This document shows positions 55,069 to 64,000 of a DNA stretch of 64,000 bases, piece after piece; within the stretch, counting starts at the first letter, position 1, and every line of letters starts with the position of its first letter. The position numbers and the translations under genes were made by a program. The notes under the pieces are model-generated. The model did no database searches. It had not been told where the DNA came from and was given only the letters and a program-made list of their open reading frames with translations. The stretch is from a virus. The DNA is taken from the IMG/VR virus record IMGVR_UViG_3300040801_005898; one strand, 5' to 3'.

Positions 55069-56898
55069 ATGAAACCAATTTTTAAAAAATCAACGATGGA
55101 AACAGCATTTTCCTCCTCGCACGCGAAAAAAATGGCCCAAATTACGGCCCTTGTGGAAGCTATTTTTTTAGATTTGGCCCCTTCCTTGAGCCGTTTTAAT
55201 ATTAAGCTTTTGAAACTAAAACACTATAAAAACGGCAATGTTGAAGGTTTTTGTCAAGAGCAGACTACGAGGTTAATTTTTAAGTTTTTTCTTGACGACA
55301 ATGGTATTACATACGAAGCATATTTTAATAATGTTAAAGATGCTTTTTTGACTGACCAAAAGTTATTACTTCAATCGTGGAAGGAATCATCTTGCGCTTA
55401 TAATGACAAATGCAATTGTCAAAGAACTGATTCTTTATCGACAAATAAACGAACCTGTCAAAAATTACCGTGTGGTGATAGTTGCATATCGACTCAATAT
55501 ACTTGTCGTTTAAACGGCAGCAACCAACCAAACAAGAAGTCGATAACTAGACTCAAAGCATTAAATCACATTGCTAAACAGGTTCAGCAAAAAAGGGGAA
55601 GAACATCGACTAATTTACCAAGCCTAACTCCTCAATCTCGTGTAATCTTGCCAGAAATAGCTAAAAATAATATTTCCTTGAAAGCGATCGCGTTGTCTTC
55701 CGGCGTACCTAAAGCAAAGGTGGCTGAAACATTAAACTTGTTTGCCGATGGCGTTTCTTCTATGGAGTTAGCTAGTCAGCTACAAGTTCCCAAAGAAAAA
55801 GTAGCTCAAATACTGGAAGGAGTTAGTCAGGTTTTACCCAAGAACGACCCCGAACTTGCCGTGGAAAAAGCCCTGCAAGAAAATTCGTTTGATAATCCAC
55901 ATCAGAAAGGAAGAGATGTGGATGAGGATGTGGATGTGGATGAGGATGTGGATAATAAAAAGCGCAAAGACTCCAGTGGCGATTCTATTCCATGTGGCAA
56001 TTCCTTCATATCGGCAAAATATACTTGTCGCCAAAAACAAACTAAAATTCGCTTATCTCCTGTTGCCAAAAAGGCGATGAGGAAAGGAAGAGCAAGGTAT
56101 TTAACCACAAAAAAAATATCTAAACTTCCTATTTTTCAGCAATATGAAAATAACTTGAAAAAGACAGGAAAAATCTTGAGAAATAATCCAGAAGCTATTG
56201 AAGATATGAAGTTAGGCAGATACGCGGAAAAACCAAGGAAAACTGATAAAAAGCAGTTGACGTTTTTTTTAGCAGGATTGTCTGATAAAGAATCACAAGT
56301 TGAAAATGGTTATAGATATCTTAAAAAACAGTTTGATAGAGAAGGGTTTTCTAGAAAAACTGAGTTATTTTCAATGACTCAAGAAGAATCAAACAGAGGA
56401 AAACCAAAAGCTATTTTAAGCGTAGTAGCTGGAAACTTAAGCAAAGGGAAAAATCCTGATGCCGAGAAAATAGCAAAGCATATTTTGGAATGGAAAAAGA
56501 AAAATCCACACGCTAAAATAAATTTAGTGGGTCATAGTGGAGGAGGACTAACCGGCAAAGATGTTGCTTATATCTTATCTGAAGCAGGAGTGGATAAAAA
56601 CAATGTTAAAACAATGACATTAGGCACTCCTTATTTAGATATTTATCCCCAAAAAAATGCCATTAAAAATATTGTCAATAAAGATGATTTATCTAACAAA
56701 GTTCCTGTTAGGAATGAACGGTTACAAGAAATCAAAGACAGACCAAATGTTGAAAAAAACATAGAAAATGACTCTAGGTCTCATTCGCTTACTAGCTATG
56801 TTTCGCCCCGTTTTAAAACAGAAGATAACCGATATATTAAAAACCCTGCTTACAAAAAAGTGACTGATGAAATGCGAAACTTCTTTGAATTTAGTTAG
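55069..56898 (+). CDS. leader/Cys-cluster protein with C-terminal alpha/beta-hydrolase (lipase-like) domain
   Basis: NLVGHSGGG nucleophile elbow, TLGTP, candidate Asp (NKDD) and His (SHSL); two CG-x2-[CF]IS-x4-C modules; likely start 55069. Confidence 0.8.
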   Translation: MKPIFKKSTMETAFSSSHAKKMAQITALVEAIFLDLAPSLSRFNIKLLKLKHYKNGNVEGFCQEQTTRLIFKFFLDDNGITYEAYFNNVKDAFLTDQKLLLQSWKESSCAYNDKCNCQRTDSLSTNKRTCQKLPCGDSCISTQYTCRLNGSNQPNKKSITRLKALNHIAKQVQQKRGRTSTNLPSLTPQSRVILPEIAKNNISLKAIALSSGVPKAKVAETLNLFADGVSSMELASQLQVPKEKVAQILEGVSQVLPKNDPELAVEKALQENSFDNPHQKGRDVDEDVDVDEDVDNKKRKDSSGDSIPCGNSFISAKYTCRQKQTKIRLSPVAKKAMRKGRARYLTTKKISKLPIFQQYENNLKKTGKILRNNPEAIEDMKLGRYAEKPRKTDKKQLTFFLAGLSDKESQVENGYRYLKKQFDREGFSRKTELFSMTQEESNRGKPKAILSVVAGNLSKGKNPDAEKIAKHILEWKKKNPHAKINLVGHSGGGLTGKDVAYILSEAGVDKNNVKTMTLGTPYLDIYPQKNAIKNIVNKDDLSNKVPVRNERLQEIKDRPNVEKNIENDSRSHSLTSYVSPRFKTEDNRYIKNPAYKKVTDEMRNFFEFS

Positions 56899-57021
56899 TG
56901 TCGCGATCGCTAATGAGCCAACCAATTTACTGCCATCGAAAGTTGCTGCCTCACACAGGAATTTTTGGCATAATGCTAAAAATTAAAGGGTGTAACCCCT
57001 CTATCTTGCGTACAATCTTTA

Positions 57022-57225
57022 ATGAATAAACATGAGTATCAGGCTTTACTCTGGCATAAAAATGAAGAGGGAATTTGGCTGCGAGCCAAAATGGATTTTT
57101 GCAGCAATATGAAAAAAGTCACTTTTCTTGATGTTGAATGTCGCTTAAGTGTTATTTTAGAAGCTATACCTGTTCAAAGGATTGTTCTTCATTCCATTTT
57201 GGGGCATTTTGCATTAGCACAATGA
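57022..57225 (+). CDS. small hypothetical protein
   Basis: ATGA overlap with the next gene. Confidence 0.45.
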   Translation: MNKHEYQALLWHKNEEGIWLRAKMDFCSNMKKVTFLDVECRLSVILEAIPVQRIVLHSILGHFALAQ

Positions 57226-57827
57226 TCAAAAAATCATCAAAATTATCAGAAGGAGCCAAAGAGAAAATGCGGCAAGCCAAAAGATATGACAAAGCGGCAA
57301 TCCATCACACTTGGACATTTGGCATCTTAATCGTTACCTTTTGTTTGGCGGCATTTTTCCCTTGGCCCGGATTTAAAGTCATATTGACTTTGGCTACGCT
57401 GTGGGCAACTTTTACTCCTGACGGCCTTAATCAAGAAAATAGCGACGAGGCTGCTTTGTCAAACATTGTTTTTGTAGTTCGCAATTTGGCACTGGGAGTA
57501 TTTGCTTTAATAGCAGGTTTTCTTAAGCCGGTCTTTTTTACATATCTTGGGATTGGACTGATGAGTTTATTACTCATGTCTTTTTGCGGCTATTTTTTGC
57601 TGCAAGACGAAAAACATAAAAACAAGCTGGCTGCAACGTACACAAAGGCACAACTAGAACTTTCAGAAAGTCCCAATGACCCCATGCTTCGATACGCTGC
57701 ATTACAAGCAGGCAGGGAATATTATGCAGCGTGCCGGGGCGATGGCACGATAACCGTTTACGATGAAACGGCGATAAATAACGACATCCAAGCTTGTTTG
57801 GGCGATCGCTCAAATACAAACAAATAA
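57222..57827 (+). CDS. multi-pass membrane protein (moron-like)
   Basis: About 4 hydrophobic segments; likely start 57222; own terminator. Confidence 0.75.
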   Translation: MIKKSSKLSEGAKEKMRQAKRYDKAAIHHTWTFGILIVTFCLAAFFPWPGFKVILTLATLWATFTPDGLNQENSDEAALSNIVFVVRNLALGVFALIAGFLKPVFFTYLGIGLMSLLLMSFCGYFLLQDEKHKNKLAATYTKAQLELSESPNDPMLRYAALQAGREYYAACRGDGTITVYDETAINNDIQACLGDRSNTNK

Positions 57828-57884
57828 GGCCAAATAACTTTTTGCTATCTGCCCCATTTTTTAAATAGGATTTTGTTCGATTGG

Positions 57885-57912
57885 CTCCCCTGATAAAAGG
57901 GGAGTTTTTTAT
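57885..57912 (+). terminator. intrinsic terminator
   Basis: CTCCCCT/AGGGGAG stem plus T-tract. Confidence 0.8.
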
Positions 57913-57913
57913 T

Positions 57914-58192
57914 TTAAGGCATTATTGCTGGTTTGGGGCGATCGCTTTGGAGCAACCCCATTATTTCTACATCCTCTCCGTACAAATGCCGCAAATAAAA
58001 CTCTGCGGCTTCCTGTAGGAACAGCGATCGCTTTTTACCAGTTTGGTCTATGGCAATTCCAATGTCTTGGAAAAGTTTTAAGGAAGTAGCCTTTTTTTCT
58101 TTGGGACGTTTTCCTGCTACAAATTTCCCTTTGTTGTTTCGTTCTACTGCACTTGCCCCAATGTGGGGTTTTTTGATTTCTTTTAGGCTCAT
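57914..58192 (-). CDS. RHH-like regulator
   Basis: KATSLKLFQDIGIAIDQTGKKRSLFLQEAAEFYL. Confidence 0.7.
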   Translation of the reverse strand: MSLKEIKKPHIGASAVERNNKGKFVAGKRPKEKKATSLKLFQDIGIAIDQTGKKRSLFLQEAAEFYLRHLYGEDVEIMGLLQSDRPKPAIMP

Positions 58193-58308
58193 AATTAGTG
58201 TTTTTGGTGGTTATTTTTATTTTACCGCGTTGACCCGGCCATAATGGTATGCTTCCCACCAACCGGGCCACCGGGCTACACCAACTGCAAATAGGGGGTG
58301 TCGCCCCC

Positions 58309-58337
58309 TTGACAAACCGCGTTGACCTCGCTACAGT
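58309..58337 (+). promoter_or_regulatory. sigma70 promoter with recurring GTTGACC motif
   Basis: TTGACA-N17-TACAGT; CCGCGTTGACC and GTTGACCTCGC each occur twice between 58225 and 58420. Confidence 0.65.
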
Positions 58338-58476
58338 AGTGGTATGGGGCAAGAGGAACGGGACACACGCCAACGGGACGGGCCAATTGCTACTGCACAT
58401 TAAAATAGGTTGACCTCGCAGTTTGTTTTGCATTTACTTGCGGAAGCCAACCTTCTCAAACTAAGGACATTTTATC

Positions 58477-59463
58477 ATGGGAAATATCATCCAAACGCTT
58501 ATTCAAGAGCAGCTAGAAAAAGTGGCCAACTTAGAGGCCGAACTAGCCACTGAACAACAACACCTAACAGAGTTAGAAACTTCTGCCGTTGCTTGGGCAG
58601 CAGCAGAAGCCGCACAACGCAAAATAGAGGAGGGCAATCGGGAATTGGAAGAGGCGATCGCTCAAATGCACCCAGACATTGCAGCAATGTATCGGGGAGA
58701 CAATAATTCTGTAAAAAGCGATCGCTCCTCAGAAATAGAAGATGCACACTCTCTCCAAAATGGCAAAAGCGAAGTTGGTTCAACAGATAGTCTGGCAAGT
58801 GTTAACCCGGTAGATGACGAAGACAACTTAAAAGATTGGTTTGAGATAGAAGAAATCGAAGAAATAGAAATTGAAGAGATAGAAGACGAAAACAAGTGGG
58901 TCCGGATTACCTCTTATGATAAAGCCGAAAATGGACCAACTGGCCATGCTGTGTATTTTCGTTATGCAGATGCAGAAGGAGGCTATAGCGCGATCGCTTT
59001 AATTAAAGAAGAGCGTGCTTCTGACGAGGACGAGAAAGAAGATGACCCCCGGTCTTGGGCAATAGAGGCTTTTTTTGATTCTTTTGATTCCGCACTTATT
59101 GAGGCTCAAAACTATATGAGCCGAATCTTAGAAGGGGAATTTGATGAGCCTGAAATAGATGAGTCTGGAATAGATGAATCTGAATCTAAGGTAGATGAAT
59201 CTGAATCTAAGGTAGATGAATCTGATTATCCTAATGAAGATATCCGACGGGCGATCGCTAAAGTCTTCAAAGGGCAAAAGATTGACCGTGTGGAGAAAAA
59301 AGTGCTGCAAGATGCGGCATATCTTGTGGGAGCATCGACAGAAGGAACTAAAGAAAACGTTGCGGATGCGATCCGCAATTCTGATGCCGTACAAAACGGC
59401 GTAGTCATTTCCGGGAAATTTGTTTTCCCAGGGGAGCTTGAAGCAGAAGCAAAAAAAGCGTAG
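58477..59463 (+). CDS. highly acidic protein with N-terminal coiled coil
   Basis: EIEEIEEIEIEEIEDE and DES repeats; C-terminal small helical domain. Confidence 0.8.
   Translation: MGNIIQTLIQEQLEKVANLEAELATEQQHLTELETSAVAWAAAEAAQRKIEEGNRELEEAIAQMHPDIAAMYRGDNNSVKSDRSSEIEDAHSLQNGKSEVGSTDSLASVNPVDDEDNLKDWFEIEEIEEIEIEEIEDENKWVRITSYDKAENGPTGHAVYFRYADAEGGYSAIALIKEERASDEDEKEDDPRSWAIEAFFDSFDSALIEAQNYMSRILEGEFDEPEIDESGIDESESKVDESESKVDESDYPNEDIRRAIAKVFKGQKIDRVEKKVLQDAAYLVGASTEGTKENVADAIRNSDAVQNGVVISGKFVFPGELEAEAKKA
59143..59226 (+). repeat. 15/21-bp tandem coding repeats (DE-rich)
   Basis: GATGAATCTGAATCTAAGGTA x2 plus degenerate copies. Confidence 0.85.
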
Positions 59464-59469
59464 CCCCCA

Positions 59470-59505
59470 AAGTTGAGGAAGCAAGTGGCAAGGCTTCCTC
59501 AACTT
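59470..59505. terminator. 13-bp perfect hairpin
   Basis: AAGTTGAGGAAGC/GCTTCCTCAACTT. Confidence 0.65.
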
Positions 59506-59549
59506 CAATAAAAGGGGGCAAGACAATCCCACCGTTCCAAAAAGGAGAG

Positions 59550-60641
59550 TTGGTACAAAACTCCCAGGGGAAAGTAGGGGAGGTGGTAGGCTGTCTAAAA
59601 AAGGACGAGGATGGCGAATTGGTGTCCGGTTCTTCAGTATCAAAGCTAACCACACTTTCTGGGAACCCGCCAGCAAACTCCGCCAATACAGCTACGGGGA
59701 TAAGCACAGAACCCCTAGAAAATGGGGAGGCTACGATACCCGCCGATATACATAAAGTGTATTGCCCCAAGACTCACCGGGTAGGGGATATTGTCTCCGG
59801 TGAACCTTGGGAAGGAAGGCTATGGGTTGTCTGGCCGGGTAAAGCAGAGCCAGAAGCAGTGTTAAGAACGACCCTGTGGAAAGTGGGCGATCGCTTGTTT
59901 GACACGATTGGAAATCCTTGCAAAATTGTGGGGTTTGCCCCTCCCGATTTTGCCAAAGTAAAATGGGAGGAAAACGACAGAGAAAACTATATTATTTTCT
60001 CTAAACTCAGTTTAGTACGACCACATAAAAAACCAGAGGCAAAACCAGCAGAGCCAAATCCCAATCTCATTGATTTACACAAATTAATAGAGGAAACTCA
60101 ATCTGTGTTGGAAAGCGCCGGGTATGAGTGGGAAATAGAAGAACTCTTAACTAAGTTCCCAGAAGTCAAGATAAAAGCGATCGCATCTGGGAACACAGTT
60201 GGGGAAGTACATTTTTTCCCGAAAGAAATGTACGAAGAATATTACCCAGACCTAGAAGTATGCTTTGCAGGTGGAATTTGGAAGAATTACTTCTGGGCAA
60301 TTAGCCCGGAGTTATATGATTCTGATTGTTTAGTCAGAGAAATAGAAGAAATTGCTATTTCTTCTGTCAATCTGTGGCAAGTTGTAGATTTGCCACTTGA
60401 CGATATCAATTTCCGGCATTATGTCGGTCGTCAGCTAATAATGCAAAATATTTGCCACGATTACAAAATTGACTCAGAAACACTTTCGCTGTTTGTGCCG
60501 CACGACAGCAATCTTAGTGCGGCACACGCAGTTGTTTCCTCCATTATGAAGAAAGTCAACAACTATCAACGGGATATCCCCGCTAAAGGAAGCGATCGCA
60601 TTTCCCAGTTAAAGCTATTCCCGTGGGAAGAGGCTGACTGA
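59550..60641 (+). CDS. hypothetical protein (363 aa)
   Basis: Long ORF with SH3-like GD.V patterns. Confidence 0.7.
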   Translation: MVQNSQGKVGEVVGCLKKDEDGELVSGSSVSKLTTLSGNPPANSANTATGISTEPLENGEATIPADIHKVYCPKTHRVGDIVSGEPWEGRLWVVWPGKAEPEAVLRTTLWKVGDRLFDTIGNPCKIVGFAPPDFAKVKWEENDRENYIIFSKLSLVRPHKKPEAKPAEPNPNLIDLHKLIEETQSVLESAGYEWEIEELLTKFPEVKIKAIASGNTVGEVHFFPKEMYEEYYPDLEVCFAGGIWKNYFWAISPELYDSDCLVREIEEIAISSVNLWQVVDLPLDDINFRHYVGRQLIMQNICHDYKIDSETLSLFVPHDSNLSAAHAVVSSIMKKVNNYQRDIPAKGSDRISQLKLFPWEEAD

Positions 60642-61007
60642 AAGGTTATCACTATAAAACAACCTTGGGCGTGGCTCATCGCCCAAGGTATCAAGGACAT
60701 AGAAAATCGCTGTTGGCAAACAAACTACCGTGGACAAATTGCAATTCACGTCGGCAAATCCAACAGCGATATTAAAGACCAAATGGTGATAAAATCAATA
60801 GAAAGAAATGGTGTAAGCATTCCTTCTATAGAGGAAATGCGATCGCAGCAAGGACAAATAATTGCCGTAGCTGACCTAACAAAAATAACAGATAACAGCC
60901 CCAGTGTGTGGGCGATCGCTGGTCAGTTCCATTGGCAACTAGAAAACGTCCGTAGCATTTCCCCAATTATAGCCAAAGGTCAATTAGGACTTTGGAATTA
61001 TCCTTAA
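60642..61007 (+). pseudogene. ASCH-domain gene lacking a start codon (in frame behind the upstream TGA)
   Basis: KVITIKQPWAWLIAQGIKDIENR.W.T.YRG.IAIH...KGQLGLW begins right after TGA 60639-60641. Confidence 0.8.
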
Positions 61008-61009
61008 GA

Positions 61010-61613
61010 GCGATCGCCCGTGTCCGTGGCGAACAAATAACGGCGATATTCAGATCGCCTCTCCCAACCTTTGAAGTGGCGAAAACCTAGCTTGGTTTTC
61101 GTAAATTCCATGAGCGATTTATTCCACGCTCGCGTATCTTTGAAATTTATCCAGCAGGTGTTTGAGGTCATCAAAAAATGCCCTCAACATACTTTCCAAA
61201 TCCTCACGAAGCGACCGCGAAGGATGCTGGAACTATCCCCGCAATTAACCTGGCATCCGAATATTTGGATGGGGGTGTCGGTAGAGTCACAAAAATACTG
61301 CGATCGCATCGATATTCTCAAACAAATCCCCGCTACCGTCCGGTTTCTTTCTTGCGAACCCCTGTTGGGACCGTTAGATTTAAACTTAGACGGTATTCAG
61401 TGGGTTATTGTTGGAGGCGAGTCGGGAGCGAAACACCGCCCCATGAAAGAGGAATGGGCGTTGGATATTCGAGACCAGTGCCAATTAGCAAAAGTACCCT
61501 TTTTCTTTAAGCAGTGGGGTACTGTAAAACCGAAAAACAGGACATTGGAAAATAAATTTTGGGATGAAATGCCCCGGTCCCGATTCGCAGAACAAAAAGC
61601 AGCTAATCATTAA
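61010..61613 (+). pseudogene. DUF5131 (phage Gp37/Gp68) gene, 5'-truncated
   Basis: W.KP..VFVNSMSDLFH, QILTKR, GVSVE, FLSCEPLLG, WVIVGGESG, FFFKQWG; the N-terminal Cys-triad region is absent. Confidence 0.8.
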
Positions 61614-61615
61614 TT

Positions 61616-62538
61616 ATGGAAAAAGTAAAATCGGTAATTGGTAGAATAGGAGGTAAAGCGAGGCTAGCATCGTGGATTACTTCTTACCTCAAAAAGTATG
61701 AATGGATGTTCTACCGCGAACCTTTTGTCGGTAGCGCCGCAGTTTATTTCCAACTCTATAACGAAGGAGTATTTAGGGCGATTGCTTCTCAAGGTATCAA
61801 CATTCCCAGGGTAGTTTTGAATGATGCCGACAACCGAATTGTTAACCTGTTCAAAGTATGTCGCGAACGCCCAGACGAACTAGCAAGAGCGATCGATTTG
61901 ACTTGACTCCCTATTCTCGCTCCGAACATAAACTAGCTTGCGAAAACAATGCCAAAAATGAACTAGAAAATGAACTAAGAATGGCAAGACAATTTCTGGT
62001 TCTTAATCAGCAAAGTTTCTCTTGCAGGGATGACGGAGGATGGAGCTACTCTTTGCAAACTCAATTATCGCAATCAAGGAAAAATATTGCGGTGTGGAAC
62101 CGGTTGCCGGAGAAAATAAGCAAAATCACCGCAGCCCTAAAAGAGTGTTATTTGGAGAGTGACGATGCGATCGCTGTCATTAAAAGGTGGGCAACTCCAA
62201 ATACCTGTTTTTACTGCGATCCACCGTATGTTGGGACCGAATATTATTACCGACATAACAGGGGTGGCTCTAAAAAGCAATTAGAAATGCACGAGCAACT
62301 TGCCGCAATCTTAAGCAATATCCCTGCTGCTTGCGTGGCAGTTTCCTATTATCCCCATGAAATGCTAGATGTTTGGTACCCAGAGGAAAAATGGGAACGC
62401 CATTATAAAAATGTTGTCGTTTCTAGCGGGTATCAAAAAAGAACCAGCAAACCTCGCAAAACCGAACTGCTGCTGGTAAGGAAACAGTCAGACGCGATCG
62501 CCCCCAATTTCACTCAGCTTTCGCTTTTTAAACATTAA
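61616..62538 (+). pseudogene. D12-class (Dam-like) N6-adenine methyltransferase split by a 5-bp duplication
   Basis: GGKARLA, EPFVGS, LND in frame 1 and YCDPPY in frame 2; TTGAC-TTGAC at 61898-61907. Confidence 0.9.
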
Positions 62539-62557
62539 AACTAAAGAAGATTAAAAA

Positions 62558-62821
62558 ATGCAAACAGAAATAACCCTACAAAATTACATCGATTTGTTGA
62601 AGAAGCTACAAATTGAAAGTGGCTATGCGCACCAAAAAACTTATGGATGTGTTACTGAATACAAGTATCCAAAATGGAACCCAAGTTACTTTTTCAAGGT
62701 CGATTGGACCTATCGCATCACAGGCAAAGGCAAACCTGTGTTGAGTTACGATGAGACAAAAAGCAAATCACCATTAGAACTAATTGGTGTAAGCTTACAA
62801 ACAAGTCAGCAACGCATTTAG
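62558..62821 (+). CDS. hypothetical protein
   Basis: ATG-started ORF. Confidence 0.6.
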   Translation: MQTEITLQNYIDLLKKLQIESGYAHQKTYGCVTEYKYPKWNPSYFFKVDWTYRITGKGKPVLSYDETKSKSPLELIGVSLQTSQQRI

Positions 62822-62856
62822 CATAAACGCAACGGAAGATGTAGCAATTTTTTTTG

Positions 62857-63198
62857 CTACATCTTTTTTTCTATCTTTTCAGTAATTTCTCTTACCTGGT
62901 TATTGATATTTTCCAATAAATCATTAGACCGATAACCAGAATTTTTAACAAATCGAGAATCAGTTATAGAATTTTCCTGCAATTCATATAAAGCTTTCAA
63001 TGTTTCATTAATGTCTTCAACATTTTTGTTGAGGTTTTCCAGCATATCCATGATGACAGGCATCTTTGTACTTTCAATTTTATCTACTTTTCGATTTCTA
63101 TCAGAAGTCTTCTTTTGAAGCAACCCGGCCAAGAATGCCCCAAGGAATACACCTGCTGCGGTCGCCAGTTGTGCAAAAGTTTCTAAATCTATATCCAT
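62857..63198 (-). CDS. N-terminal TM plus coiled-coil protein (holin- or XhlA-like)
   Basis: LATAAGVFLGAFLAGLL followed by a coiled coil; GGAG RBS upstream. Confidence 0.55.
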   Translation of the reverse strand: MDIDLETFAQLATAAGVFLGAFLAGLLQKKTSDRNRKVDKIESTKMPVIMDMLENLNKNVEDINETLKALYELQENSITDSRFVKNSGYRSNDLLENINNQVREITEKIEKKM

Positions 63199-63207
63199 AT
63201 TGACTCC

Positions 63208-64000
63208 TTAATAATATTTGCTGTTTAAAACACCTTTTAGCAACTGACCGCTGTTATTTAAAGCTTCGTTTAGCCACAAATAAAATGCTGCTTCGGCAAA
63301 ATGTAAAGCAACAAACAAATCGTCATTTTTTTGCTTTCCTCGTTGCCATTTACCATCGCGTTTTTCTCTATTGGTCAAATGTCTGAAAGGCGAGTTTTCC
63401 GAATTATTTGCTCTCCAAACATCCCAAGTTTGCGGCAATCGATAAAGAGGCATTCCGTTCATGTCTCGTAATAAGAAGCCATACAGCACTGCGTCAAAAA
63501 ATTTAGAACTACGCAACCCGAAACAAGGATATTCAATGCCTCCATCTCGAACAATAATTTTTTTAAGAGGCTCTAATTGAGTATCTTTTTGATCCGCCAA
63601 TTGTAAATTTTTGACTTGACGGCATAAACCCATAGCAGATTCGCGATCTGGTTCGTTATCGATAAACCCGCCTTGCACCTTAAAGAAAGCGAACGCTTCT
63701 ACAATCTCGCTTCTAGATATGTCCCCGCAAAACTTTACCTCTTTAACGGCAGACTCAACCAAATCTGGGATACTTTTATCTCGGGTATTTTTTGGCAAAT
63801 AATAGGACACGACTGCCATCCAGTCACAATTTCTACCGCAATCTATCCCCACAAGGGTAGCGTCAGGGGACCGTTGCGGCACGGGTAAGCCGATGCACTC
63901 TTCTATATTAGCAAAAGTCAAACTAACTCGCAAATTCTCGGAAGGATGGCCCAACATCTGCTGCTGCCAGTCGGTAGAGTCCAAGTATTCTATGCCCGCT
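63208..64000 (-). CDS. terL: terminase large subunit (GpA-like), C-terminal nuclease part; start lies beyond the window
   Basis: VGIDCGR, FIDNEPD, RHLT.RE...KW......NDDLFVA; frame open to the window edge. Confidence 0.7.
   Translation of the reverse strand, partial: AGIEYLDSTDWQQQMLGHPSENLRVSLTFANIEECIGLPVPQRSPDATLVGIDCGRNCDWMAVVSYYLPKNTRDKSIPDLVESAVKEVKFCGDISRSEIVEAFAFFKVQGGFIDNEPDRESAMGLCRQVKNLQLADQKDTQLEPLKKIIVRDGGIEYPCFGLRSSKFFDAVLYGFLLRDMNGMPLYRLPQTWDVWRANNSENSPFRHLTNREKRDGKWQRGKQKNDDLFVALHFAEAAFYLWLNEALNNSGQLLKGVLNSKYY

Larger units (their letters stand above)
1..64000. repeat. HIP1 (GCGATCGC) highly iterated throughout
   Basis: Many dozens of copies by eye, often encoding SDR or AIA in proteins; hallmark of cyanobacterial DNA. 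Confidence 0.95.

Overview
A 64 kb slice of a large temperate cyanobacterial phage or phage-plasmid. The cyanobacterial HIP1 octamer GCGATCGC occurs many dozens of times. Virion genes: a 3804-aa tape-measure-like protein, a tail fibre, an LRR tail protein and the C-terminal part of a GpA-type terminase at the right edge. Replication and nucleotide genes: a DUF3854 primase/Rep, class II RNR NrdJ, RusA and a DHH phosphoesterase. DNA-modification genes: a C5 MTase, N6 MTases, a DndC-like PAPS reductase and a GNAT/TIM-barrel fusion. Also present: tRNA-Arg(UCU), an ORF-less group IIB intron, an IS605/tnpB right-end remnant and a membrane/ATPase/peptidoglycan-hydrolase module. No integrase and no CRISPR array were seen. 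Most unusual signals: (1) a promoter- and terminator-bounded ~480-nt non-coding unit made of a pseudoknotted RNA plus a tRNA-Ala-identity RNA whose anticodon loop is replaced by a 52-nt branched insert; (2) two large proteins sharing a leader, [RK]xD[AS] motifs and a Cys-cluster module but carrying different enzymatic cargo (MTase, lipase); (3) a TraB/Spd-like transfer module; (4) orphan components of defence or modification systems (IetA-like ATPase, DndC-like protein, cysH-like remnant). All family assignments come from motif recognition by eye; no database search was run.
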